64,000 nucleotides of DNA. Source: Alphaproteobacteria bacterium. Its GTDB lineage: Bacteria; Pseudomonadota; Alphaproteobacteria; SPJN01. The translations under genes were made by a program, and so were the position numbers. Every line of letters starts with the position of its first letter. Positions within the stretch are counted from its first letter, which is position 1. The stretch covers positions 30,303-94,302 of the forward strand of contig CBDDFN010000003.1 of assembly GCA_965227065.1 (NCBI GenBank). The letters run 5' to 3'. The notes under the pieces were generated by a model that saw nothing but the letters and a program-made list of their open reading frames with translations, searched no databases and was not told where the DNA came from. Below, piece by piece: positions 1 through 11,390 of the stretch.

Positions 1-1368
1 GACAGCCAGCTCCAGCGGGGTGGACAGCACAAAGCCCTGGCCGATCCCGGCAACCAGCGTTTCACCCACCTGCCAGGGCCGCCCGAATTCGGCCAGCTTC
101 CACGCCTTGGTTGGAACCGTGCCGCGCCGGACCCCGTCAATCGCCAGATCAAAGCCGGTGCCCAGACCCAGACGGGTCGCCATTTCGGCAATGCGGTCGA
201 TGCCGGTCTCTCGCGCAATCTCGTAAAAATAAATATCGCAGCTTTCCCGCATGGCGCCCACTGCATCCATATGCCCGTGACCGCGGCGGTGCCAGCAATG
301 GAAACGCCGGTCGCCAAGTTCAATATGGCCTGAGCAATAAATCGTCTTGCGCGGGTCAATCACCCCCGCTTCAAGCGCGGCTGCCAGAACTGCAATCTTG
401 AACGTCGATCCCGGCGGATAGCGGCCGGCAACCGAGCGGTTCAGCAAAGGCGCATAAGGATGATTGCGGATCGCGTCCCACCGGTCCTTGGGCAGCCCGC
501 CAACAAAACCATTGGGATCAAAGCTGGGCGTCGAGGCCGAGGCGTAAATATCGCCGGTCTCGACATCCATCACGACGGCAGCCCCCACCTCACCCGACAA
601 GCGGTTCATGGCAAAGGTTTGCAGCCGAGCATCCAGCGTCAAGACAACATCATTGCCGGTCAGCCCCTCACGGCGGTCAAGCTCGCGAATGACCCGGCCA
701 ACCGCATTGACCTCAACCTCGCGATTACCCGCTTGCCCGCGCAAGGTCTTGTCGAAGTTGCGCTCAACGCCACGACGCCCGATTTGAAAACCTGACAGGC
801 CCAGCAAGGGATCGGTATCGCGAAAACGGTCATCTTCGCTGGCTGGTCCGACATAGCCGATCATATGGGCGATCGCCTCGCCCATGGGATAGATACGGCG
901 GGTTCCGGTTTCGCCATGCACGCCGGGCAAATCGGGCGACACGACATTGACGCGGGCAAAATCATGCCAGTTCAAATCGCGCGTCACGGTCACCGGAACA
1001 AAGGGGCGGTTGCGCTTGACCTCTTTGAGGATAATCGCCCGCCGTTCAGTGGTCAGCGGGACAATGCGCGCCAGTTCTTCCAGCGTTTCTTCCACACCAT
1101 TGGTCTGTTCCGGCACAATCACCACACCCAGCGTGCGCCGGTTACCCGCCAGCACGGTGCCGAACCGGTCGGTAATGCGCCCGCGCAAAGGCGGCAGCAA
1201 TTCCAGATTGACCCGATTGTCTTCAGCCAGCATGCGGTAGCGTTCGGCATCAATTACCTGAAGCTGATAGAGCCGCCCGCCGATAATGCCAAAGCCCAGA
1301 AGCTGCGCGGCCCCCACCAACATGGAGCGGCGCGAAAAGCTTCTGATCTGTTCGCGATCTTCTGCCAT
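1..1368 (-). CDS. mrdA: Penicillin-binding protein 2, 5' part (runs off left edge; absent from ORF track)
   Basis: Manual translation from ATG 1368: MAEDREQIRSFSRRSMLVGAAQLLGFGIIGGRLYQLQV...LPPLRGRITDRFG; SxxK motif in YPPGSTFKI near 400-420; directly downstream of mreD. Confidence 0.95.
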   Translation of the reverse strand, partial: MAEDREQIRSFSRRSMLVGAAQLLGFGIIGGRLYQLQVIDAERYRMLAEDNRVNLELLPPLRGRITDRFGTVLAGNRRTLGVVIVPEQTNGVEETLEELARIVPLTTERRAIILKEVKRNRPFVPVTVTRDLNWHDFARVNVVSPDLPGVHGETGTRRIYPMGEAIAHMIGYVGPASEDDRFRDTDPLLGLSGFQIGRRGVERNFDKTLRGQAGNREVEVNAVGRVIRELDRREGLTGNDVVLTLDARLQTFAMNRLSGEVGAAVVMDVETGDIYASASTPSFDPNGFVGGLPKDRWDAIRNHPYAPLLNRSVAGRYPPGSTFKIAVLAAALEAGVIDPRKTIYCSGHIELGDRRFHCWHRRGHGHMDAVGAMRESCDIYFYEIARETGIDRIAEMATRLGLGTGFDLAIDGVRRGTVPTKAWKLAEFGRPWQVGETLVAGIGQGFVLSTPLELAV

Positions 1369-1371
1369 GGC

Positions 1372-1902
1372 CTACCGGTACAATAAGGGCAAGGGCGACA
1401 AGAGCTTGGCGAGTGCGGCCAAAACAAAGCCCACAAAGGGATAGATCAAGGCCGACATCAGGATTTGCTCACCCAGCGGCACCAGCGAGAAAAAACTTTG
1501 CGTGTAGACCACCGCAACCAGCGTGGCGACGATGCCGTAGATCAGCGCGGCGAGGAAAAAGCCGAAGACATAAAAGCCGAATGCAAAATTGGCGAGCGCC
1601 TGATAGCTCGCCCCCACAAAGGTGATGGCCGCCAGCATGGACAGGGACGACAATCCCAAAGGCGCCCCCGACAAAGCGTCTTGCAAAAAGCCGATCATGA
1701 AAATGGCCGGGGCGCGCATCAGGTCAGGCCGGCGCATCGACCAGAAGTAAACCACCATGAGCGCAAAGAGCGGGGCCACCGGCAGTGAAAAGCCGAAACT
1801 GACGGGCAGATTTGCGCCCAGCACAACCACAAGCGCCGAGCCGATCGGCAAAGCCGCCCGCATCCAATAGCCGAACCATTCGCCCGACAGGACCTGCATC
1901 AA
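1372..1902 (-). CDS. mreD: Rod shape-determining protein MreD
   Basis: Hydrophobic 176 aa with YFWSMRRPDL and IGFLQDALSGAPLG motifs; between mreC and mrdA. Confidence 0.9.
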   Translation of the reverse strand: MMQVLSGEWFGYWMRAALPIGSALVVVLGANLPVSFGFSLPVAPLFALMVVYFWSMRRPDLMRAPAIFMIGFLQDALSGAPLGLSSLSMLAAITFVGASYQALANFAFGFYVFGFFLAALIYGIVATLVAVVYTQSFFSLVPLGEQILMSALIYPFVGFVLAALAKLLSPLPLLYR

Positions 1903-1915
1903 CGCTTCCTAACAG

Positions 1916-2989
1916 TTAGTTTGCGGGACGAGCGGTTGGCCGGGGCGTTGCTGGCGCAGCGGTTAAACCCTCGTCACTGTCTTCCCCATTCTGGGGTGCA
2001 AATATGGCGGCATCGGGGACAGCGCCTTCAACGGCCTTGTCTTGCGCCGCCTGCTCTTCATCAGAGCCGATCAGCCCGCCTTGCAAGCGCGGCAGGCTGC
2101 GATCGCGTTCCACATCGGGTGCAGTGCCCAGATTGGGCAGGCTCAACACCTTGACGAAATCAAGCCGGCTGAGATCGGCGACCGGGCGGACCAGAATACC
2201 TTCATCTTCGGAATAGCGTTCAATCACGCCGACGGGAATGTCTGCGGGGAACAGCCCGCCATCACCCGAAGTGACGACCAGCACACCGGGGTCGGTCAAT
2301 GCATCGGCGGGCAGGAAGCCCAGCTTGAGCAACGGCCCGTTGGTGCCCGAGGCAATCCCGCGGGCATTGTCGCCGTCAAGCTTGACGGGAATGCGGCTGT
2401 TCAAATCAGTGATCAGCAAGACCCGCGCGGCATTGCGGGCAGAGCCATCAATGCGGCCAACCAGCCCGCTTTCAGAATGAACCGCCTGGCCTTTTTCAAT
2501 GCCGGTTGCCCGCCCTTCATTGATGATCAGCGAGCGCACAAAGGGCGTCGAGGTGTCGGCAATGACGCGCGCGGTGACGACAATCGGATTGTCGCCCACC
2601 CGCACATCCAGCATGCGCTTCAAGGATTTGTTTTCCGCATCAAGCTTGCGGGCATTCATCTCCCAGCCTTTGAGGCTGGCGATTTCTTCTTTCAGGCGCT
2701 GATTTTCTTCATGAACGGCAAACAGCGCGCCGGTATTGTCGATGGCGCGCTGAACGGTGGTGACAGGCTTGGCAAAGGCTTCAAGAACAGGCGCGGCCAC
2801 ATCGGTCACCGCCCCGCGCACACCTTCCACCACAAAGCTTTCAGCCCGCCCCAGCAGCAGGAAGGACGCCGCCAGCGCAACCATGAACAAAAAGCTCAGA
2901 CGGTCATAAATGACCCGGCGGACCAGCGTCTGCGTCTCAGCCCCGCCCGGGGGCTGGAAAGATCGGCTGTGTCGCGGGGCCTGGGCCAC
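1916..2989 (-). CDS. mreC: Rod shape-determining protein MreC
   Basis: N-terminal TM, coiled coil (EENQRLKEE...ENKSLKRML), VVTSGDGGLFPADIPVG; follows mreB. Confidence 0.95.
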   Translation of the reverse strand: MAQAPRHSRSFQPPGGAETQTLVRRVIYDRLSFLFMVALAASFLLLGRAESFVVEGVRGAVTDVAAPVLEAFAKPVTTVQRAIDNTGALFAVHEENQRLKEEIASLKGWEMNARKLDAENKSLKRMLDVRVGDNPIVVTARVIADTSTPFVRSLIINEGRATGIEKGQAVHSESGLVGRIDGSARNAARVLLITDLNSRIPVKLDGDNARGIASGTNGPLLKLGFLPADALTDPGVLVVTSGDGGLFPADIPVGVIERYSEDEGILVRPVADLSRLDFVKVLSLPNLGTAPDVERDRSLPRLQGGLIGSDEEQAAQDKAVEGAVPDAAIFAPQNGEDSDEGLTAAPATPRPTARPAN

Positions 2990-3007
2990 CTTGGCTCTCC
3001 TTCAAAC

Positions 3008-4288
<1,281 letters not shown>

Positions 4289-4309
4289 TCATCTTGCTCG
4301 CGTTAACCT

Positions 4310-5896
4310 TTAGATCGACAGGCTCGACGGTGCGGTCTTTTCCCGCCGCGTGATCAGCTTGTTGAGCGCGTTGACGTAAGCCCGTGCGCTCGCCACCAGC
4401 GTATCGGTATCAGCTCCCTGGCCGACGACGGTCTTGCCGCCCTCTTCCAGCCGCACCGAAACCTCGGCCTGCGCGTCAGTGCCCTGGGTCACTGCGTGAA
4501 CCTGATAGAGCTGCAAGCTCGCCTCGTGCGCCACCAGCGCCTTGATCGCATTGAAGGTGGCGTCAACCGGGCCATCGCCGGTGGCTTCAACCGTGTCTTC
4601 CACGCCGTTGATTTCGAGCGTCAAGGTCGCCTTTTGCGGGCCGTCCGTTCCGGCAATGACGGTCAGGCTTTTCACCTTGATCACATCATTGCCGCGCACA
4701 ACCTCATCATCGATCAGGGCAACAATGTCCTCATCAAAGATCTGCTTTTTCTTGTCAGCCAGATCCTTGAAGCGGCGGAAGGCGTCCTGCAACGCATTGT
4801 CGCCCAGATCATAGCCCAGCTCACGCACCTTGGTGCGGAAGGCATGGCGGCCCGAATGTTTGCCCATGACCAGCGAGCTTTGATTCACGCCCACAGACTC
4901 CGGCGTCATGATCTCATAGGTCTGGGTGTTTTTGAGCATGCCGTCCTGGTGGATGCCGCTTTCATGCGCAAAAGCGTTCGCGCCGACAATCGCCTTATTG
5001 TACTGGACGGGAAAGCCCGTGACGGTTGAGACGAGTTTTGAGCCGCGCATGATTTCGGTCGCGCGCACATTGGTCCAATAGGGCAACGCGTCAGAGCGGG
5101 TCTTGAGCGCCATGACGATCTCTTCCACGGCCGCATTGCCCGCACGTTCGCCCAGCCCGTTGATGGTGCATTCCACCTGACGCGCGCCGCCGCGCACACC
5201 GGCCAATGAGTTGGCAACCGCGAGCCCCAAATCATTGTGGCAATGGGTTGAGAAGATGACCTCATCAGCGCCGGGCACTTTTGCGCGCAGCATTTTGATC
5301 AACGCCTCATACTCATCCGGCACGGTATAGCCGACAGTATCGGGAATATTGATGGTGCGGGCACCGGCGCGAATGGCGATTTCAACCGCACGGCACAAAA
5401 AGTCATGCTCGGTGCGGGTGGCGTCTTCAGCCGACCATTCGACGTCATCGACCAGGTTGCGCGCCAGCGTCACCGACGATGAAATCGCATCCAGCACATC
5501 TTCAGGCTCCATCTGCAACTTGTGTTTCATATGGACGGGGCTGGTTGAAATAAACGTGTGGATGCGCGCGCGTTTGGCGGGCTTGAGCGCCTCGGCCGCG
5601 CGCTCAATATCCTTTTGACCCGCGCGGGAGAGCGAGCAAATCACCGGCTCGGTCAGCAATTTGGCGATCTCATTGACGGCTTCAAAGTCACCGTTCGAGG
5701 CAATGGCAAAGCCTGCTTCAATGACATCGACGCGCATATCTTCGAGCAATTCGGCGACGCGCAATTTCTCGCTCAGCGTCATGGACGCGCCGGGGCTTTG
5801 CTCGCCATCGCGCAAGGTGGTGTCAAAAATCAACACACGGTCTTGCGGTGCGCCTTGCGGCTCAACCGCCTGAGGAATGTTGGATTGGTCAGTCAT
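4310..5896 (-). CDS. leuA: 2-isopropylmalate synthase
   Basis: DTTLRDGEQSPG, HCHNDLGLAVANSL, GLGERAGNA, FAHESGIHQDG and C-terminal regulatory domain (GDGPVDA). Confidence 0.98.
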   Translation of the reverse strand: MTDQSNIPQAVEPQGAPQDRVLIFDTTLRDGEQSPGASMTLSEKLRVAELLEDMRVDVIEAGFAIASNGDFEAVNEIAKLLTEPVICSLSRAGQKDIERAAEALKPAKRARIHTFISTSPVHMKHKLQMEPEDVLDAISSSVTLARNLVDDVEWSAEDATRTEHDFLCRAVEIAIRAGARTINIPDTVGYTVPDEYEALIKMLRAKVPGADEVIFSTHCHNDLGLAVANSLAGVRGGARQVECTINGLGERAGNAAVEEIVMALKTRSDALPYWTNVRATEIMRGSKLVSTVTGFPVQYNKAIVGANAFAHESGIHQDGMLKNTQTYEIMTPESVGVNQSSLVMGKHSGRHAFRTKVRELGYDLGDNALQDAFRRFKDLADKKKQIFDEDIVALIDDEVVRGNDVIKVKSLTVIAGTDGPQKATLTLEINGVEDTVEATGDGPVDATFNAIKALVAHEASLQLYQVHAVTQGTDAQAEVSVRLEEGGKTVVGQGADTDTLVASARAYVNALNKLITRREKTAPSSLSI

Positions 5897-5940
5897 GATA
5901 AATCTCTTCGTTTTGGCGTTTCTGCTTTGGTGTTTTTAAT

Positions 5941-6103
5941 CCCCTAAGCATCCGCCTCCCGAAGGGCCGGTCGATGCCTAGGGGCAGCTAAGAAGCAGAA
6001 GCCCAAGCGGACGCGCATAACCAACCGCCGAGGGAATGCCCTCGCCGCCGGTCTTGCTTGCAATGATCATGGTCTGCGCCACGACGCGTCCTTTCACAGT
6101 CAT
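5941..6103 (-). promoter_or_regulatory. leuA leader peptide/attenuator: uORF ending ...RPLGLLLLSCP*, with the stop codon inside a 12-bp stem
   Basis: Codons CTT GGG CTT CTG CTT CTT AGC TGC CCC TAG (stop 5978-5980). In-frame starts at 6070, 6082 and 6103. CCCCTAGGCATC (5984-5973) pairs with GATGCTTAGGGG (5952-5941). Promoter CTTG-N18-CCTATAT at 6140-6112. Confidence 0.75.
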
Positions 6104-6189
6104 CAGGTGGGATATAGGCCAGCTTGCATCCCAGCGCAAGACACATTTGCGGCAGCGCGGGGGCTCAAGCCCCGGCAGCGTGAGCGACA

Positions 6190-6534
6190 TTAATGATCAA
6201 CCAGCACCCATTCACCGTCGCGCCACACAAAGCGCGCGCTGGCGGCATCATTGGCGCTGCGCTGATTGCCTTGCGGATCAACCAGCCGTTCTGAGAAATG
6301 ACATTCAAATTTGGCGGCCGCGACGGGATTGCAGCCCAGAGAATCAATTTCGCGTTTGAGTGGCAATGCCCGGCCCTCCAGGGGCTGGTGATGGACTTGA
6401 CGCTCTTGATCCATCAGCGCGGCAATCATGGCTCCGTCGGGACCACTGCCATATTCCGGTTTCTTGTCGAACCGGTAATGGGCATAGCCCAGAAGGGCTG
6501 CAATCACTGCGAAGACAAAAATGTTCGCGCGCAT
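6190..6534 (-). CDS. Small membrane-anchored hypothetical protein (paralog of 6653-7060)
   Basis: MRANIFVFAVIAALLG N-terminal TM; C-x7-FEC-x-FS and terminal G-x-W-x-LVD pattern shared with neighbour. Confidence 0.7.
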   Translation of the reverse strand: MRANIFVFAVIAALLGYAHYRFDKKPEYGSGPDGAMIAALMDQERQVHHQPLEGRALPLKREIDSLGCNPVAAAKFECHFSERLVDPQGNQRSANDAASARFVWRDGEWVLVDH

Positions 6535-6652
6535 AACGCCACTTACTCCACACGCATTTATCCAACACCTCTTTTTGGATGTTGTTGAAGAGAGAGTAGG
6601 AAGCAGGGGAAAACAAAACGTTAATGCGAATTTCGAAAAAGCGTTAACCGCC

Positions 6653-7060
6653 CTAAAGCAAATCAACCAGCCAGACACCATTGTGATATTTGAGCTTGGC
6701 GGCGACCACCTGGCTTTTCAAAAAGCTCTTCTGGGCCTTGAGATAGGGGGAGACCGAAAAGCGGCACTCAAAGGTCGCCGACTGGCCCTCAGTGCAGCGG
6801 ATCGAGCTCACCGTATAGCCCAGCTTGCCATCAAGGGCGGGATCAATACCGACACGGGTGTGGAGCTGATATTCAAAAAAACGCTGCTCCATGATCGCCT
6901 GCAAGACCGCGCGGGTGGGTTCTGGCCGGCCTTCCACCACGCCATGGGCTTGGTCGGCCGCGCGCCGCTCAGCCTGGATAAAGCCCAGCATAAATGCGCC
7001 GCCGACAATCAGCAGCAGCGCAACAACAATCACCCAGACGCGAAACGGGATGTGAGGCAT
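6653..7060 (-). CDS. Small membrane-anchored hypothetical protein (paralog of 6190-6534)
   Basis: N-terminal TM; IRCTEGQSATFECRFS...NGVWLVDLL. Confidence 0.7.
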   Translation of the reverse strand: MPHIPFRVWVIVVALLLIVGGAFMLGFIQAERRAADQAHGVVEGRPEPTRAVLQAIMEQRFFEYQLHTRVGIDPALDGKLGYTVSSIRCTEGQSATFECRFSVSPYLKAQKSFLKSQVVAAKLKYHNGVWLVDLL

Positions 7061-7084
7061 GACGGGCCACCCCGGATTGAAACT

Positions 7085-8350
7085 TCAGACCGTCCGCTCA
7101 TAGCGCGTTCTGGTTAACACGCCAACAACGATCATCAGGGTGACCACCGACAGGCCGGCGGCCAGCCAATAGGGCGCGCCGGGCAGATAGGTGATGGCAT
7201 CGGCGCCGGTAAACAGGTTGAAAGTGCGCGTCATAACGAGCGGCGCGACAATCATGGTGAGCGACATGACGCTGGTGATCGCGCCCTGCATCTCGCCTTG
7301 CTGATTGGCAGGCAAAGTGCGCGAAATGATCGCCTTGAGTGCGGGGTTGACCAATCCGATCAGCGAAAAGGGAATGATCATCGCCACCATCACCCATTCA
7401 TTGGGCGCGGCGGCAAATCCGGCAAAGCCAATCACCATCATGATCAGGCCGAAGATCGCCACCTGGGGTTCGGAATAGCGTTTGAGCGCAAAGGGCAGAA
7501 CCAGGCTCATCACAATGACCATGCAGATGCCGACAAAGGCCATGGACAGGCCGACCGCCTGCCCGCCCCAGCCAAATTTCTCGCGCGCGTAATAGGCCCA
7601 CACTGAGGGGTTGGCATCATGGGCGAACTGAAAAAACACAAAGGCAATCAACAGCCCCAGAACCATCGGGTTCTTGCTCATCACCATCAAGGAACCGACC
7701 GGATTGGATCGCCACAACACAAAGGCGCGGCGATTATCAGGCGACAGGGTTTCAGGCAGTACAATCACACCGGCGATCAACGTGATGATGACCAACCCTG
7801 CTGCGGCATAAAAAGGCGCATATAAGCCAAACTGGGCCATGATCACCCCGCCCAAAGCGGGCCCGACAATGAAGCCAAGCCCCCACGCCGCCCCGATCAA
7901 TCCGAAATAGCGCGCGCGTTCGTCCGGTTCGGTCACATCGGCAATAAAGGCATTGGCGGTCACCGCCGTAGAGCCCGCCGCCCCGGCAATGGCGCGGCCG
8001 ATCAACAGCACGGTAATGCCGCTTAACCCGACAAAACCCGCCACGCTGGCGGCATTGGCAAGTAACAGATAATCGATGGAAAGCGCGGTCAGCGCGATCA
8101 ACAAGACCGGGCGGCGGCCATAGCGATCACTTAAATTGCCCATGACGGGGGCGAAAAAGAACGCCATGAGTGCATAGATCGATATCATCCAGCCGCCGTC
8201 AACGGCCGCCTGGCTCAAATCCTGGCCGCCCAGCTTCACCAGCAGATCGGGCAGCACCGGAATGATAAATCCAAAGCCGACCGTTTCCAGAAAAACCGTG
8301 GTCAAAACAAATCCCAGCGCTGCGCGCCGGTTGGACACCATTTCGGACAT
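7085..8350 (-). CDS. MFS efflux transporter, TCR/TetA-like (DHA1)
   Basis: About 12 TM helices; motif A GNLSDRYGRRPVLL; motif C GFIVGPALGG; ANQQGEMQG. Confidence 0.9.
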   Translation of the reverse strand: MSEMVSNRRAALGFVLTTVFLETVGFGFIIPVLPDLLVKLGGQDLSQAAVDGGWMISIYALMAFFFAPVMGNLSDRYGRRPVLLIALTALSIDYLLLANAASVAGFVGLSGITVLLIGRAIAGAAGSTAVTANAFIADVTEPDERARYFGLIGAAWGLGFIVGPALGGVIMAQFGLYAPFYAAAGLVIITLIAGVIVLPETLSPDNRRAFVLWRSNPVGSLMVMSKNPMVLGLLIAFVFFQFAHDANPSVWAYYAREKFGWGGQAVGLSMAFVGICMVIVMSLVLPFALKRYSEPQVAIFGLIMMVIGFAGFAAAPNEWVMVAMIIPFSLIGLVNPALKAIISRTLPANQQGEMQGAITSVMSLTMIVAPLVMTRTFNLFTGADAITYLPGAPYWLAAGLSVVTLMIVVGVLTRTRYERTV

Positions 8351-8439
8351 GCCCCACCCCCAATTGTTCATTTAATGTTCTAGTGGCTCTTTGGGCGCGG
8401 GTCAATCATGATGGCATTGATTTCAAGAAAGGTTGATCC

Positions 8440-9081
8440 ATGCTACGCGCGCTTCCCTTCACCTTTCTGGCAGGCCTTGTTGCCCCCGCCCTTGCCTGGG
8501 CCTGCCTCAGCGCCGGAGACCCGGCTTTGTTCGGCACCTATGATTATGTGACAAGCCGGCAGGCAAGCGATGTAGCCGCCACTGCCGACTGGGCCGCTTC
8601 GCCGCCTGTATCGGCCATCTCGATGGGGGAAGCGGGCCTCGTCTGGCATGATGGGTCTCAGTGCTCAACAGGATGGTCAAGCGTGAAACGCGACGCGCCC
8701 ACCATCAATGGACACGATCCCATACTCGCCGATAGCCAGATCCTGCCCGCCCGCGATGGGGCCCCTGACGCCCGCACCAATCAGGGCTATGACATTGTGT
8801 GCGGCCAGACGCTGGTTGGGCGGCTGACCCGCATTGATGGCCGTGTGATTGCAGTGAGTTCGGCAAACGGAGCCAGCATTCACCTGTTTCAAAAAGAGCT
8901 CAGCAAGGATGAGCGCAACCGCATAAGTGACGCGCTCAACCGCTTCAAGTTTCTGGAGACGTCCGCGCCTGATGCAGATACGCTCAATCGCGCGCTTGGC
9001 TTTTACCTTGACTATCGCGGCGTCCCCTACCGGTTCGCCGCGCCGGTCATCACCGAAAACCTGATGGAAGATTTGAAATAA
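8440..9081 (+). CDS. Exported hypothetical protein, possible C-terminal peptidoglycan-binding-like helices
   Basis: Signal peptide ending ...APALA; SD AAAGG; 213 aa. Confidence 0.7.
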   Translation: MLRALPFTFLAGLVAPALAWACLSAGDPALFGTYDYVTSRQASDVAATADWAASPPVSAISMGEAGLVWHDGSQCSTGWSSVKRDAPTINGHDPILADSQILPARDGAPDARTNQGYDIVCGQTLVGRLTRIDGRVIAVSSANGASIHLFQKELSKDERNRISDALNRFKFLETSAPDADTLNRALGFYLDYRGVPYRFAAPVITENLMEDLK

Positions 9082-9119
9082 CAGGTGCGAGCAAGCGCCA
9101 TACGTCTTGGGGGAGACAC

Positions 9120-11064
9120 ATGATAACCGTCATCGAATTCGCAAAGGGCTCAGCCACCGTATGCGCGCTTTCTCTCGCGCTGATCGCAAGTGCGGGGTGC
9201 TGGTCCGGATCGGCCCTCGCTCAGAAAAGCGCTGCCGATATTTTGAACGATCTGGGCAAGGACGCAGACAGTTCACAAGATGTCGGGAAAGATGACGGCA
9301 ATCGGGCCGCTCCTCCCGCTGATCCCCCGCAGCGTGGGAACGGTTCGGCGGCGCGAATGCATGACGGTGAACAAGTCAGCGACCATGTCTTGGTCGATCT
9401 CGATCGCTGGGGTTGGGAAGGCTATTGGAATGTCACTTTCCATGACGCCCCGAAAGCGGGTCAGACACGCACAGCGGTCATGCGGCTGTCCCGCGCGCGG
9501 GAACCAAACCGGCTTGATCCGTCCAAAACGGGCTATCTGATCTTTCCTCACATGGCCACGGGAAACTACGATATCGAAGGTCAATATTGGGCTGACCCCA
9601 CACAACCTGAAAAGCACTACAGAATTTATTCCGAACTTGATGCCAGCAAAACCGGGCCGACGGGCGGGGTCTATACCGGTTCCCGGCTGGTCTACAATGT
9701 CAGCGTTCAAGACCTTCGTCAGCGGGTCGAGTTCTGGCTGTCCCGCGACGGCAATCCCGACGTCATGTATGGCCGGTGGTACGACGATCACCGCGGCAGC
9801 GAGAAATCGGGAACGGCAACATTTGAACGGATCAAACCTGAGCTAAGGGAAACACATTTTTATTCCCTTGAGACCAGCAAGATCAGTCCCGCCAACCAAA
9901 TTGGCCGGGTCAAAATACAATACACCAAGCACACCCAGGACAATCTGCTACGCTTTCATACGGACCAACCCGCTTTTCGGGTTCATTTGCTGTATGCCGG
10001 CTTTCCCCCCGCTCCACCCCCGCGGCCTTCTTGTTCGCGCAATTTCGCCCTACGGAACAAAAATCTATAGCCCACAATGGGGAAAAGAATGTGAACCGGT
10101 CACACCCGCGCCAGACCTGACTTGCGTAAATCTCGACATCAAGCTGTTCACGCACCTTCAGGAAGGCTGGCACATTATCCGCATCGACAATGATGACGTC
10201 TATTACTGGCTGGAGCTGGAAGGGCTTGAGGATGACAGCGCCTTCACGCTTCAACTCAATCACTGGGACAGCAAGGAAACGGTTTCAACCGGCAGGCGGC
10301 GCGGAGCAACAGCGCAAACCACGCTTGACGGCGATCACCCTTTCAAGCTTCGCGTCGTGCTTAAAGAGCCCTCTAACCTGCCGCAGCGCATTGCGCATAT
10401 GCACTGGAAAGGTGGTGGATACAGCGTCGTTCTTCACCGCTCCGATGATGGCAAAGCCTATGTCTCCGACCCGCTATTGCTGACCCATGCACAAAATCGC
10501 AATGCGCGCTGGTCCGCCATCACCTCCCCCAAGGAATCCGGCATATGGCCCGCCCCAAACCCCCAATTGCTTGCGCGGCTCGATGGCACTTGGCGGTTGC
10601 GCGAAGAATTTGATGATGATGCGCCCGATCTGGGTTTTGCCGAAATTTCCGACAAAGGCACGGGTATAAATCTGGTTCGGCAGATCAACCGGTTTGTTCA
10701 GCAAGGCTGGAGTATTCAACAAACCGGCTTCATCAAATCCGATGACGGCTCACGCGACCAGATCCTGCTGCGCTTTGGCCTGCCCGTTGATGACAAGCTG
10801 CCCGCAGCATTGCAGAGCGATGCGCCGCCCGCAATCCTCATCCCCGTTCCACCCGAAGTGACCGAAATCCCGATCAGCCATCTCGACAAGGCGATCATTG
10901 CCAGGGTCGAACAGCCCATGGCGCGGCTTCATCCAGATCTTTACTACCAACTTCGCATCAAGGATGCCGAAACCCTGGTCGGTTCAGGATGGATTGTCGG
11001 GCTTGATGGAGTCCGGAAGGAGCTGGGCCGCATGGTTTGGCAACGCGCGCCCGGGGCTGACTAA
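9120..11064 (+). pseudogene. Large secreted hypothetical protein split by a +1 frameshift (ORFs 9120-10070 and 9868-11064)
   Basis: ORF1 has a signal peptide and SD (GGGGGAG) and degenerates after ...LLYAGF. ORF2 has no plausible own start and becomes protein-like at the same point. C6 run at 10005-10010 and C5 run at 10017-10021. Confidence 0.65.
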
Positions 11065-11065
11065 A

Positions 11066-11368
11066 ATGACGGCAACCGCACCGGTCTGGTGGGTCGACCT
11101 TAAAGCCTATCCTCATGTGATCTGGGCGCATCTGCGGATCAATGATCATGGCGAGATCACCGTGCTGACCGTGCAGGGGGCGATGCATGAATTCGACGCG
11201 CTGGACGAAGCGATCAGCTATTTGCGCGCGCAAGCCTACCGCCCGGCAGCGGAGATCGCCTCGGCCGAACTGGCACTGATGGGAATTGATACCCTAACCC
11301 CGCCGCCCGAAACGGGCTACTTCACCGATTTGTTGCCCCTGATGCGCCAGGCTGCAGGACTTGAGTGA
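11066..11368 (+). CDS. Hypothetical protein (100 aa)
   Basis: ATG 1 nt after the upstream stop; MTATAPVWWVDLKAYPHVIWAHLR... Confidence 0.6.
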   Translation: MTATAPVWWVDLKAYPHVIWAHLRINDHGEITVLTVQGAMHEFDALDEAISYLRAQAYRPAAEIASAELALMGIDTLTPPPETGYFTDLLPLMRQAAGLE

Positions 11369-11390
11369 CCGCCTGGCGCACCTCTTCACA

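Noticed and set aside
6610-6660. CtrA boxes (also near 33609 and 52186)
   Set aside because: Only TTAA half-sites; none fits TTAA-N7-TTAA
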